Below the pieces are notes generated by a model. It was not told the origin of the DNA, did not search any database, and saw only the letters and a program-made list of their open reading frames with translations. From a virus, in the IMG/VR virus record IMGVR_UViG_3300033402_000018: a stretch of 55,764 bases of DNA. One strand, 5' to 3'. A program made the translations under genes and the position numbers. Below are positions 35,639 through 43,962 of this stretch, piece after piece (within the stretch, counting starts at the first letter, position 1; each line of letters opens with the position of its first letter).

Positions 35639-35728
35639 GGTGAGTTGGGAGAGTGGTTGATTCCGCTGGTTTGCTAAACCAGAGCACCCGAAAGGGTGCC
35701 ACAGGTTCGAATCCTGTACTCACCGCCA
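35639..35728 (+). tRNA. tRNA-Ser (anticodon GCU)
   Basis: Manual fold: acceptor GGTGAGT/ACTCACC, 3-bp D stem, anticodon stem CTGGT/ACCAG with loop TTGCTAA, long variable hairpin, T arm ACAGG-TTCGAAT-CCTGT, discriminator G, encoded CCA. Confidence 0.75.
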
Positions 35729-35729
35729 T

Positions 35730-35815
35730 GGTAGGTTTGGGCATTGGAAGGCCCACCTGTCTCGAAAACAGGCGACCGAAAGGTCGTAGGAGTTCGACTC
35801 TCCTACCTACCGCCA
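35730..35815 (+). tRNA. tRNA-Ser (anticodon CGA)
   Basis: Acceptor GGTAGGT/ACCTACC, anticodon stem CCTGT/ACAGG with loop CTCGAAA, long variable arm, T arm GGAGTTCGACTCTCC, G discriminator, CCA. Confidence 0.7.
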
Positions 35816-36032
35816 AATTTTAAGCTGGGCGGTGTATGGCACGGATACTTCTCGAAAAAGTAAAAACCCGTGACCGCGATGTTCCCCGGCAAAGTGTAAG
35901 TTCGCAGCGGTGTTGGATACAGTTACTTCGGTTGACTCTCTCAGGGAAACCTGAATGAGGAATAGACTTGGTTCGATCCCAAGCGACCAGCCGTAAGGCT
36001 GGTGTCAACTGTACCGTTTGTTCCCTGCGATT

Positions 36033-36122
36033 GGTGAGTTGGGGGAGTGGTTTAACCCACTTCGTTGGAAGCGAAGCGCACCCGAAAGGGTGCCGTGAGT
36101 TCGAATCTCACACTCACCGCCA
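36033..36122 (+). tRNA. tRNA-Ser (anticodon GGA)
   Basis: Acceptor GGTGAGT/ACTCACC, anticodon stem CTTCG/CGAAG with loop TTGGAAG, long variable hairpin CGCACCCGAAAGGGTGC, T arm GTGAG-TTCGAAT-CTCAC, G discriminator, CCA. Confidence 0.75.
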
Positions 36123-36127
36123 AGTTT

Positions 36128-36213
36128 GGAGAGGTCGGCATTGGCACGCCAAGCGGTCTTGAAAACCGTGATACCGCAAGGTATTGGGAGTTCGATTCTC
36201 CCCTTCTCCGCCA
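36128..36213 (+). tRNA. tRNA-Ser (anticodon UGA)
   Basis: Acceptor GGAGAGG/CTTCTCC (one G-U), anticodon stem GCGGT/ACCGT with loop CTTGAAA, long variable hairpin GATACCGCAAGGTAT, T arm GGGAG-TTCGATT-CTCCC, G discriminator, CCA. Confidence 0.7.
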
Positions 36214-36233
36214 AATTTGCGGCTGTTAAATTT

Positions 36234-36311
36234 GCGGTTGTGGCGAAATAGGCAGAGCGGGGGCCTTAAAAGCCCTGTCATTTGCGGGTTCGAGTCCCGC
36301 CAACCGCACCA
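36234..36311 (+). tRNA. tRNA, anticodon UAA (Leu-type anticodon) with atypical short variable region
   Basis: Acceptor GCGGTTG/CAACCGC, anticodon stem GGGGC/GCCCT with loop CTTAAAA, T arm GCGGG-TTCGAGT-CCCGC, A discriminator, CCA; D stem weak and variable region 7 nt, not type II. Confidence 0.45.
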
Positions 36312-36669
36312 AATTTCCGGTTCTTGCTACGATATGTTGGTGTAAGCGCGTGACAATTCGGGCAAAGCAACCGCAGGTTGTCGAGCTTGTTATTTTTGCG
36401 GTCGCCGTCCCGGTGGTCTAGCTCAAGAGGAATTGGAGAGTAACGACGAAAGCGCAGAGATGGCATACTATCTAATACTAAGTTTTTAGCTCTGCCAAGT
36501 ATGGGGGATAGCACTGACTGTGCGGCTGGGCCTTATAAACCCGGAGTAGCTCCTGATTAGAGTAGACGGCGTGGGTTTGATTCCCCGATCCCCTACCATC
36601 CGCAGTATTAAATTTCAGGTCTGGATCAAGCGTCCTAGACGGACCTCGAAAATGTCCCGGTGACGCCAT
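36278..36669 (-). pseudogene. HNH homing endonuclease, apparently fragmented (two reading frames), antisense within the tRNA cluster
   Basis: Minus-strand ORF 36278..36514 encodes LELDHRDGDRKNNKLDNLRLLCPNCHALT (HNH motif); an adjacent upstream ORF 36478..36669 is in a different frame. Confidence 0.5.
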
Positions 36670-36670
36670 C

Positions 36671-36712
36671 GAGCCGAAGGTTCCAAGACTTCGGCTCTTT
36701 GCTTTTTATTGT
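36671..36712 (+). terminator. intrinsic terminator
   Basis: GAGCCGAAG-GTTCCAAGA-CTTCGGCTC hairpin followed by TTTGCTTTTTATT. Confidence 0.65.
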
Positions 36713-36727
36713 GGTATTTTACTCATA

Positions 36728-36940
36728 GTGACTGACGAGGAACTCCAATCAAAAACTCGCCAATACAACACGAAGCTTGTTGAGTACGGAAGGCAGAAAG
36801 CGTTGCAGAGCAGGTTGCACGTAAAGCTGCCAGATAACTCCTTACGCAGCGAGCTACAATCACTGCTGGGCGAAATTCAGATTGAGGTCGCCCGCCGGAG
36901 AGACCATGAAGAGAAAAGTAAAGCCGCAACTGAACGATGA
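36728..36940 (+). CDS. hypothetical protein
   Basis: 70 aa ORF after terminator. Confidence 0.35.
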   Translation: MTDEELQSKTRQYNTKLVEYGRQKALQSRLHVKLPDNSLRSELQSLLGEIQIEVARRRDHEEKSKAATER

Positions 36941-37265
36941 GGACGCTATCAACCTACAAGCCACAGTTGAGTCAGAGGGCTTCGACTACGCTTTCCGCTA
37001 CTACAGCCATTTCCCAGAAATCAAAGACAAAAAATTCCAAAGCCTGCGCAAAGCATACGTTAAGGCGGCGCAAGAGCTTTCGGATTATTGCCGTCTTGAA
37101 GAAGAGCTAGAGCCTGAGTTGTGCGAATACTGTGACGCGCCGCTCTCCGATGGCTGCTTCTGCGCCGAAGAGATGGAAGAAGAGCATGAAGCCGCCAAGT
37201 ACACTTGCGACGAGTGCGGCGGCGACTTAGACGGCAACATGTGTCCGACTTGTGATGCGGACTGA
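36906..37265 (+). CDS. hypothetical acidic Cys-rich protein
   Basis: CEYCDAPLSDGCFC ... CDECGGDLDGNMCPTC. Confidence 0.45.
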   Translation: MKRKVKPQLNDEDAINLQATVESEGFDYAFRYYSHFPEIKDKKFQSLRKAYVKAAQELSDYCRLEEELEPELCEYCDAPLSDGCFCAEEMEEEHEAAKYTCDECGGDLDGNMCPTCDAD

Positions 37266-37533
37266 ACGCACGTGCGGCGTCAGGATTTACAAATGCGGCC
37301 CCGGCTGTAGGCCGCATAGCCCGACAGGTGACACTGGTGAAAAATGCAGGATCGGCTGTTTTAAGCCAGCGCGGTTCCTGAACCCCAACTTCGGGGTTGA
37401 TTCAGACGATGATGTCTTTGACCACTGGTGGAAGTACGAGTATAATTATGCTGAATACCTGTGCGCCGAACATTACGACGAAGTGATGCGGGACAAGAGC
37501 GAAAATGAAGAAGCTGATGATGCTGGTTCGTAA
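37252..37533 (+). CDS. hypothetical protein
   Basis: 93 aa ORF. Confidence 0.4.
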   Translation: MMRTERTCGVRIYKCGPGCRPHSPTGDTGEKCRIGCFKPARFLNPNFGVDSDDDVFDHWWKYEYNYAEYLCAEHYDEVMRDKSENEEADDAGS

Positions 37534-37768
37534 GAACCTGAAGATGACCGAGAACAAGATTGGTGCGCAGTGCGCCCACGCCGCGCTCGGTCTGTACAAG
37601 AAAGACCCGCAGGAGCACTGGAAGTGTGTCGTGCTGGACGCCTCGGACAACAAGTTTAATCAGGCGAAGCTGGCACACCCGGAAGCCTACGTTGTTACGG
37701 ACGCCGGATACACGCAGGTGGAGGCCGGGAGCGAGACTGTCATGGCGTGGTGGGAGGAAGATGTATGA
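37505..37768 (+). CDS. peptidyl-tRNA hydrolase PTH2-like
   Basis: MMLVRKNLKMTENKIGAQCAHAALG and DAGYTQVEAGSETVMA match PTH2 family conserved blocks; short (87 aa). Confidence 0.55.
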   Translation: MKKLMMLVRKNLKMTENKIGAQCAHAALGLYKKDPQEHWKCVVLDASDNKFNQAKLAHPEAYVVTDAGYTQVEAGSETVMAWWEEDV

Positions 37769-38055
37769 AAGACGGTCCACGAACTTTGTTTTTTGACAGG
37801 CATGACAATAGGGTAGACAACTGCCCCAACCCTAACTTATCTGAACAACAGCGTGCGTTTGAGGCGTGGGCGCACCGTCAAGCTAACGGCGGCAGGCAGT
37901 ACGATTTGAGTCGGAACTTCTATGTGCCGTACCACGGCGCTCCGTATTCTTACGAAGAGTTGTTCGGGGAAATCACTGAATGGAATTATTACACCGACCC
38001 GAAAACCCAAGGGGCTTGGGACGGATGGCGAGCGCGAGATGCTGTATCGCTGTGA
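37765..38055 (+). CDS. hypothetical protein
   Basis: ATGA overlap. Confidence 0.4.
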   Translation: MKDGPRTLFFDRHDNRVDNCPNPNLSEQQRAFEAWAHRQANGGRQYDLSRNFYVPYHGAPYSYEELFGEITEWNYYTDPKTQGAWDGWRARDAVSL

Positions 38056-38239
38056 CCGATGCAAGCAGCTATTTGACGGCTGGGAACACGAAGACGGCAC
38101 CACGTGCGGCTTTTACGATGTTTCTTACGGGGACTGGGCGCGATTTGCACGCCCGTATGAGACGGTGCTTTGTGACGAGTGCATGTGGTCTGACCCGGAA
38201 TACGTGAGGTTGTATGGCCCTACTAAATCGAGCTTATGA
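38039..38239 (+). CDS. hypothetical Cys-containing protein
   Basis: MLYRCDRCKQLFDGW...CDEC. Confidence 0.35.
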   Translation: MLYRCDRCKQLFDGWEHEDGTTCGFYDVSYGDWARFARPYETVLCDECMWSDPEYVRLYGPTKSSL

Positions 38240-38512
38240 GCATCGCATTGAGATCATGGTGATTTTGCTGCTCCTGATGGCAATTGCGGTGCATTATTTC
38301 TGGCGATAGTAAATCGTTTTCGCTTGTGGTAGCATCTAAGTAACGGAGGCTGCCATGTACGGACTGGTTGACGACATTCAAGAACTGCAACAGGACATCC
38401 GCGACCTGCAAGCTATCATTGCAAGCTTGCTTCCTTGCGCCCCCGCCGAAACTCGCAAGCTGGTAATCATGGCTTTGAAAGCCAAAAATCTCTTACCTGA
38501 AGGGATCACAGA

Positions 38513-39238
38513 ATGAGCGAAAATAACTCCAAACTTGAAACTGCCGTGGGATGGATTCTCGGCGCGTTGATCGTCATAGTTTTGATCCTGCTGATGCTTC
38601 TCCCGGCACACGGGCAAGAAGTCATCATGAACCAGCCGTCCGCCGACGTCGTAGACAAAGGGCATCTCTTCGTTCGGTCTGATTCCTTCTACACTCAGAA
38701 GCCTGCCTATTTCTTCGAGAACGTGGCGTTTGCCTATGGCCTCGGGCATAACCTTGAAGTCAGCGTCAACGGCAGCGATCTTGCACACGGCTCCGATGTC
38801 TGGCAGATTGTTCCCGGCATCAAGTGGGCCCCGATCAAGACGAAGAACTTTGAAATTTACGTTGGCGACCAACTCTGGAAGCCTGTCTCCAACTTCACCT
38901 ATTACCATACGGGCAACGTCAGCTACGAAGCGGCGGCGTACAAGTACGGAAACTTCCGCTTCACTGGCGGCACGTACCAGTCCTATAACGCCTATGCGCC
39001 GGGGAACCGCGCCGGGGCTATCGGCGGCGTTGAATGGATGGCGAAGATGTTCAAGAACGGCTGGATGGTTGCGCCGGGGATTGACTACGCTTCTGGTGCT
39101 GGGACGAACGGCTACACCAGCCCCGGTCTGATGTTCCAGAAGAAAAACTTCTTCATCTGTCCCGGTTACATGATCGCCAATCCCGGCAACCCGAACGGCG
39201 CTCATCAAAGTTTCATAATGATCGGTGACACCTTTTAA
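38513..39238 (+). CDS. secreted beta-rich protein, possible outer-membrane beta-barrel
   Basis: N-terminal signal/anchor, alternating aromatic/Gly-rich segments, C-terminal ...IMIGDTF ending in Phe. Confidence 0.4.
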   Translation: MSENNSKLETAVGWILGALIVIVLILLMLLPAHGQEVIMNQPSADVVDKGHLFVRSDSFYTQKPAYFFENVAFAYGLGHNLEVSVNGSDLAHGSDVWQIVPGIKWAPIKTKNFEIYVGDQLWKPVSNFTYYHTGNVSYEAAAYKYGNFRFTGGTYQSYNAYAPGNRAGAIGGVEWMAKMFKNGWMVAPGIDYASGAGTNGYTSPGLMFQKKNFFICPGYMIANPGNPNGAHQSFIMIGDTF

Positions 39239-39247
39239 GGCCCGATT

Positions 39248-39472
39248 ATGATTGTGATGGTGGTAGGGGACTTCACGTTTTTCGTGGCGGACCACAGCAA
39301 GATTCAGGAGACGATTGATGAGATAGTGGGCAAGAAAGACTACTGCCACTTCTGTCAGGCGGTTCCGATCACTGTCATTTATCGTGGCTGGGATGATAAG
39401 ATAGTAGCGGCGTGCAAGTTGCACGAAGAGATCGTGATGGAGATGATCGAAAGAGCACAGCATGATTCCTAG
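39248..39472 (+). CDS. hypothetical protein
   Basis: 74 aa. Confidence 0.35.
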   Translation: MIVMVVGDFTFFVADHSKIQETIDEIVGKKDYCHFCQAVPITVIYRGWDDKIVAACKLHEEIVMEMIERAQHDS

Positions 39473-39983
39473 TTCAGTGACGCGAGAAGAATATCGTCCC
39501 CACATGCGGCGATACGCCCGCGACACGATGGTTATGTCGTTCGTGGTGACCAAGCATCCTGATTTCGAGTGGATGCAGGCGGCGGGGAAAGAGATCATCC
39601 AATACCTGCTGGAAGACTTGATTGATCCAAACTGGCATTGCTCACACTGCTACGGCGAAGGCTTTGAGTTTCCGGCTGATTGGGTGTGGGACAACGAAAA
39701 AAGAAACTGGCCCACAGACACCGGGGTTCCGTGTACTGTGTGCAACGGCAAGGGCGGCATTAACTCGTGGGCGTGCATGACATTGTTGCGCATGGCTGCG
39801 GGAGACGACAGCCCAAAAATTGAAGAATGGATGCGGGGTCGGCACGACCCGCTCGTGAAAGTGTGGCGTGAATGGGGAGAACAAAAGGGTTACCTACCCG
39901 TAAGTCCAAAAACAGAAGACGAAAGACAACCAAGCGTCCTAAGAATACTGGGGCGAGCCATCGTAAGCCTGTTTTGGGAGTAA
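39462..39983 (+). CDS. hypothetical protein with DnaJ-type CxxCxGxG zinc-finger repeats
   Basis: CSHCYGEG and CTVCNGKG. Confidence 0.45.
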   Translation: MIPSSVTREEYRPHMRRYARDTMVMSFVVTKHPDFEWMQAAGKEIIQYLLEDLIDPNWHCSHCYGEGFEFPADWVWDNEKRNWPTDTGVPCTVCNGKGGINSWACMTLLRMAAGDDSPKIEEWMRGRHDPLVKVWREWGEQKGYLPVSPKTEDERQPSVLRILGRAIVSLFWE

Positions 39984-40204
39984 AGAAGAGTCCTGATCCG
40001 GTGATGGAACTGCTGGCGCTGCTGCGCGTTAATCCCGGCGTGGACGGCATCAGAAACCTTGTGCAGTTCGTTGAAGATGAGAGAGCGGACTATTACAACC
40101 TTGGCAAGGCGGTGCGTAGTATCATGGTGCGTGCCTTGACGGAAGAAGAAGAGCAGCTTGTAAAAAGACTTGGCGCAAATGCCTGAAATTGGTAGGATGA
40201 GAGT

Positions 40205-40753
40205 ATGACCACAAGCAAAGTGTTGGTGTCCATAGCGGCTCTAGTAGTTGTCATGGGTTTTGCCATGACGTGCGCCATCGGCAAGAAAGCCAACGAAGAG
40301 CAAGGTGCGAAGAACCGCGTGCCTGTGCTTCAGCAAAGCGTGCAGGAAGCGGTGCAGGCGTCCAAGGATGCACAAACGGCCGCACAGCAAGCCCAAGCGT
40401 CCCAGCAAGCTGTACAAGCGCAGCTTGACCAGTTGAAGCAGGAGCAAGCGAAGGCTAAGCCGTCTACGGCACCTTGCACCGGATCGCCAGATTGCCCAGA
40501 AAAGATCGGCCCCGGCAGCATCTCAGATGTCAGTGCCACTCCACTTGAAGGCACGGGCCAAAACGATGACGTTTATCTGGCGTTTACTTTCACAGAAAAC
40601 GGCGGGTTCACCAAGCGTTTCTACCCAGTTTGCACCCAGCAGGTGGTCCCGGCTGGCAAGGCGGTCGTCCTTCAATATCACTGGCGTCAGTGGGAATCGA
40701 ACCTGAACATGAAGCGCGGCTGCTATCAGATCGACGGATACCAGACCAAGTAG
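40205..40753 (+). CDS. secreted/lipoprotein-like protein with Q/A-rich coiled coil
   Basis: Signal peptide, QAQASQQAVQAQLDQLKQEQ. Confidence 0.5.
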   Translation: MTTSKVLVSIAALVVVMGFAMTCAIGKKANEEQGAKNRVPVLQQSVQEAVQASKDAQTAAQQAQASQQAVQAQLDQLKQEQAKAKPSTAPCTGSPDCPEKIGPGSISDVSATPLEGTGQNDDVYLAFTFTENGGFTKRFYPVCTQQVVPAGKAVVLQYHWRQWESNLNMKRGCYQIDGYQTK

Positions 40754-40760
40754 GAGCAAA

Positions 40761-40961
40761 ATGCCCGGAAAGAGAACCAAGAACGTTACAAATCCCCAAG
40801 CATTTGAAGCTTGGAAGCGCCGCAAGCGCGAGATCAATGCGGCTGATACGCAACACCACCAGTTTCAGAAGATGTATCGCCGCGACTGCTTGAAGGCGCG
40901 TGCCGCCGCTGGCAAGCTGACCGAAAAGAACAAGGCGGAAATGGCGCGATTGGGGTTCTAA
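40761..40961 (+). CDS. small basic hypothetical protein
   Basis: 66 aa. Confidence 0.35.
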   Translation: MPGKRTKNVTNPQAFEAWKRRKREINAADTQHHQFQKMYRRDCLKARAAAGKLTEKNKAEMARLGF

Positions 40962-41537
40962 GTGGGAATTTGGGCTGACATGTCGGCTGAGAACAAGATT
41001 GGTTCAGTGTTCGCTCTGCTTCTTGTTGTCGCTGTGATTGCTGGCGTTATCCACTTTATGTCTTCGAGCAATGACACCAAAGCAGCGAAACCAGCGCAGC
41101 AGTTTGGTCTACAAACTCAGCCGCCCCCTGTCGCCAAGCCTGAGCCGGAGAAGGTCTATACTTACGCCCCACCTGTCCCCGAAATCCCACACGCCAAGAA
41201 GATTGTTGAAGGCGTGGTGTGGACGGTGAAATGGAACGGCAACGATCCTGCGATTGGTGTTGACAAGGAAAAGACGCACTATCAGCCGGACAACACGGAA
41301 GTTGAAACCTACGAACCGGGAACGGATGACAAGCCAGAGTATACCTACTTCTGCGGCGACGCGCTCGCACGCTTCACTCCCGGCAAGCGGATCAGAATGA
41401 TTTTAGAAGACACCAACGTGTCAGACTACAACAGTTGTTACACGCTAAAGGGTGTGGGGCTTACCTTTGGTGGTAAGCCACAGGCAGAAGTGCAGCTTGG
41501 CACGGTAATGCCTTCGTCAGTGCCGGGGGCGAAATGA
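40962..41537 (+). CDS. membrane-anchored hypothetical protein
   Basis: N-terminal TM helix, Pro-rich linker. Confidence 0.45.
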   Translation: MGIWADMSAENKIGSVFALLLVVAVIAGVIHFMSSSNDTKAAKPAQQFGLQTQPPPVAKPEPEKVYTYAPPVPEIPHAKKIVEGVVWTVKWNGNDPAIGVDKEKTHYQPDNTEVETYEPGTDDKPEYTYFCGDALARFTPGKRIRMILEDTNVSDYNSCYTLKGVGLTFGGKPQAEVQLGTVMPSSVPGAK

Positions 41538-42028
41538 ACACCTTCGATCTCGATAGCGTCAACATCGGGCCTGTTCGTATCGGTGGGTTCATCGGGCATG
41601 GGCTGGTGCTGGGAAAGAAAACTTTCTTTTTGGCGTTGAGAAGTACCCTCTTACGCAAGACGATTTTGACCTTGGTCGCCGGAAGCGCCATCATTTTCGG
41701 CGGGATTCGTGGCATTAGAGCTATCACGAACTGGAAAGCACAATCCCCCATTGAAAAAGATGTTTACCTTGTGGAAGACATGCGAGACGGCGGACAGTAT
41801 ATCGTCGTGCGGCATGGCAGCGAGCACATAAAGCTTCATTGCGAACGCAACATCTTTGTTGATCCCACGAAGAACCAATGGACTGACAACAGTTACGGAT
41901 GCACGGTGCAGCACCCCGGCAACCAAATCGTTCTTGAGAAATGGGACGACCGCACATACGTTTTCAAGAAGGGCACCTTCAACGGCTACACGTCCGAAGG
42001 TGAAGATGATTTTTCCGTGCAGGAATAA
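41534..42028 (+). CDS. hypothetical membrane protein
   Basis: ATGA overlap; hydrophobic N-terminal region. Confidence 0.45.
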   Translation: MNTFDLDSVNIGPVRIGGFIGHGLVLGKKTFFLALRSTLLRKTILTLVAGSAIIFGGIRGIRAITNWKAQSPIEKDVYLVEDMRDGGQYIVVRHGSEHIKLHCERNIFVDPTKNQWTDNSYGCTVQHPGNQIVLEKWDDRTYVFKKGTFNGYTSEGEDDFSVQE

Positions 42029-42030
42029 CG

Positions 42031-42306
42031 ATGCCCTGTTATGTGGTGCATGTGCGCAAGGCACCGTTCGATGTTTACTGCGGACGAGCGTTCCTTGAAT
42101 TCGATGAAAGTATTTGGCACAACCCGTTTAAGGTTGAGCCGTACTGCGGCAGAAAGTGCGTGATCGAGAAGTTCAGGCAATATCTGCTGAACAGCCCGGA
42201 ATTGATGGCGCGGCTGCCGGAGTTAAAGGACAAAGTTCTTGGCTGCTGGTGCAAACCGAAAGACTGCCATTGCGATGTAATCGCGGAGTTAGTGAACAAG
42301 CTATGA
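42031..42306 (+). CDS. DUF4326-like protein
   Basis: VVHVRKAPFDVYCGR...WHNPF...LGCWCKPKDCHCDVI pattern typical of DUF4326. Confidence 0.45.
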   Translation: MPCYVVHVRKAPFDVYCGRAFLEFDESIWHNPFKVEPYCGRKCVIEKFRQYLLNSPELMARLPELKDKVLGCWCKPKDCHCDVIAELVNKL

Positions 42307-42872
42307 AAGCAAAGAAAGCACAGAGCACGCTGGAAAAGACCGTTACCAAGAACGTTAGGAGCGCCAAGGCAAAGCAGCTACGGGCTGAACGTCAAGCGGC
42401 GGCGGAAGAGAAAGCTTACCAAGCGAAGCTCCCCAAGACGCCTGAAGAGCGTGCAAAAATTGTTTGGCCGTCCATCACAGATGGTAAGTGGGACATTTAC
42501 TTTGCCGCTGGACACTGGCGGTTACGCTTTTGGGTGGGTAAGTTCGAGTTCCAAATTCACGATGATTTTGTGCCAGCGGACGAAGGCACACCCACCGAAG
42601 GGTATCCCGCAACAGAAGCACACTGGGTGAAGTCTTTATTTGTTATTCCACCCGATGAGTACGAGCACTGTTTGGGATACGTGGGCGATCTGGACGACAG
42701 TTGGCTGGCGCATCGCAACGACACAGGTAAAGAAGCCGAGTGGTACAAGAAGAACATGAACGAGGAAATCAAAAAACTCAACGACCGCGTGACTGAAATG
42801 GTTCAAGAGTTCATGTCTAAAAAAGACGATTACTCGTATCGTGAATATTTACGGCGTTCGAGTTCGAGGTAG
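42303..42872 (+). CDS. hypothetical protein
   Basis: ATGA overlap start. Confidence 0.45.
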   Translation: MKAKKAQSTLEKTVTKNVRSAKAKQLRAERQAAAEEKAYQAKLPKTPEERAKIVWPSITDGKWDIYFAAGHWRLRFWVGKFEFQIHDDFVPADEGTPTEGYPATEAHWVKSLFVIPPDEYEHCLGYVGDLDDSWLAHRNDTGKEAEWYKKNMNEEIKKLNDRVTEMVQEFMSKKDDYSYREYLRRSSSR

Positions 42873-42874
42873 TC

Positions 42875-43084
42875 ATGAGACAGGTCAAGCAAGGTAAGCT
42901 AAAAGAGAAAATCTGGCGCGGCGAGTGCAACGAATGCGGCGCGGTATGGGAAGCGAAAGAAAACGAGCTTCATCCGACCTATGACCAGCGCGAAGGGGCA
43001 ATGGCTCGGTCTGAATGTGGACAGTGCGGTACGGAAATGTGGTTTTATCCAAAGGATGCTGGTTCACAGTGGGGCGATCACTGA
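42875..43084 (+). CDS. zinc-ribbon protein
   Basis: CNECG...CGQCG. Confidence 0.4.
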   Translation: MRQVKQGKLKEKIWRGECNECGAVWEAKENELHPTYDQREGAMARSECGQCGTEMWFYPKDAGSQWGDH

Positions 43085-43380
43085 TAAATGGCTACTCTCA
43101 AAGAACAACTCATGGCAATTCTGGTGTGTGACCAGTGCGGCGCACCAGTAGAGTTTGACCCGGCGGACAAAGTGTACCGCCATAAGGAACCGCTTGACCG
43201 ATTCTGCAAACGAAACGGCTACCCGGTGGAAACAAAGGTTCGAACTTCCTAGCGCAGCCGGAAGCGACCTTGAATTCATCGGCGACCTTGTTGGCGTGGA
43301 ACGCGACCCGCGTGGGTTCTACCGCTGGAGAACCGTGCCAGCAGTTCGCAACAGTTACATTCTCATTTTTCGGCTGAATT

Positions 43381-43674
43381 ATGACTTTGAACGAGCCTGA
43401 GTTGCATGTCACTCCCCAAGAATTCGCCGAAATGCAGGAATGGTCGTTAGGGCCTCCAGAACTGTTTGTCGATAAAACACTGGCGAAGTGGCCTCATCTG
43501 CGTGCATACATGTTCAAAGACATCACTGTGCATGTTGTGGTGCAGTGGGGTGGGATCGAACGTTACGTGATCGTGCTTAACGAAAACCCTATGACGAAAT
43601 TTTTCCGCGAGCACACTCCAACCATTGCAGATGAAGAAGCTCGAAAAATTCTTCGTGAGATCGCAGGTTTGTAA
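43381..43674 (+). CDS. hypothetical protein
   Basis: 97 aa. Confidence 0.4.
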   Translation: MTLNEPELHVTPQEFAEMQEWSLGPPELFVDKTLAKWPHLRAYMFKDITVHVVVQWGGIERYVIVLNENPMTKFFREHTPTIADEEARKILREIAGL

Positions 43675-43686
43675 TACCTGAACCCT

Positions 43687-43899
43687 TTGTGTATGCCAAT
43701 CATCAGAATTGAAGACCCCGATGTTTTCGTCGGTCTCGCACTCATCAAGGCGCAGGCTGAGATCAAAGACCACGGCTACGATTCCCGCGTTGTCTGGGCC
43801 GATGGTCGCTCCCTTCACACCGAGAAGGCGGATTACGATCCGCTCCGCATCAGCCTGCATGTCAAGGACGGCAAAGTCGTGAAAGCTCTTCGCGGCTAA
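43687..43899 (+). CDS. hypothetical protein
   Basis: 70 aa. Confidence 0.35.
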   Translation: MCMPIIRIEDPDVFVGLALIKAQAEIKDHGYDSRVVWADGRSLHTEKADYDPLRISLHVKDGKVVKALRG

Positions 43900-43962
43900 A
43901 CCACTCATTGTAAAAGCTTTATTTCTGGCCTATTTTCCCCGTTTTCGAGTATACTTGGGGTG

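Noticed and set aside
36504-36599. Candidate fifth type-II tRNA
   Set aside because: The acceptor and D stems pair, but the T loop lacks the conserved TTC...A (TTTGATT with a 3-bp stem) and no plausible anticodon stem exists. It is kept only as a degenerate tRNA-like remnant in the findings.
38378-39598. 406-aa minus-strand ORF
   Set aside because: Antisense to the signal-peptide-bearing beta-rich protein and neighbours; no motif and breaks the otherwise uniform strand organisation.
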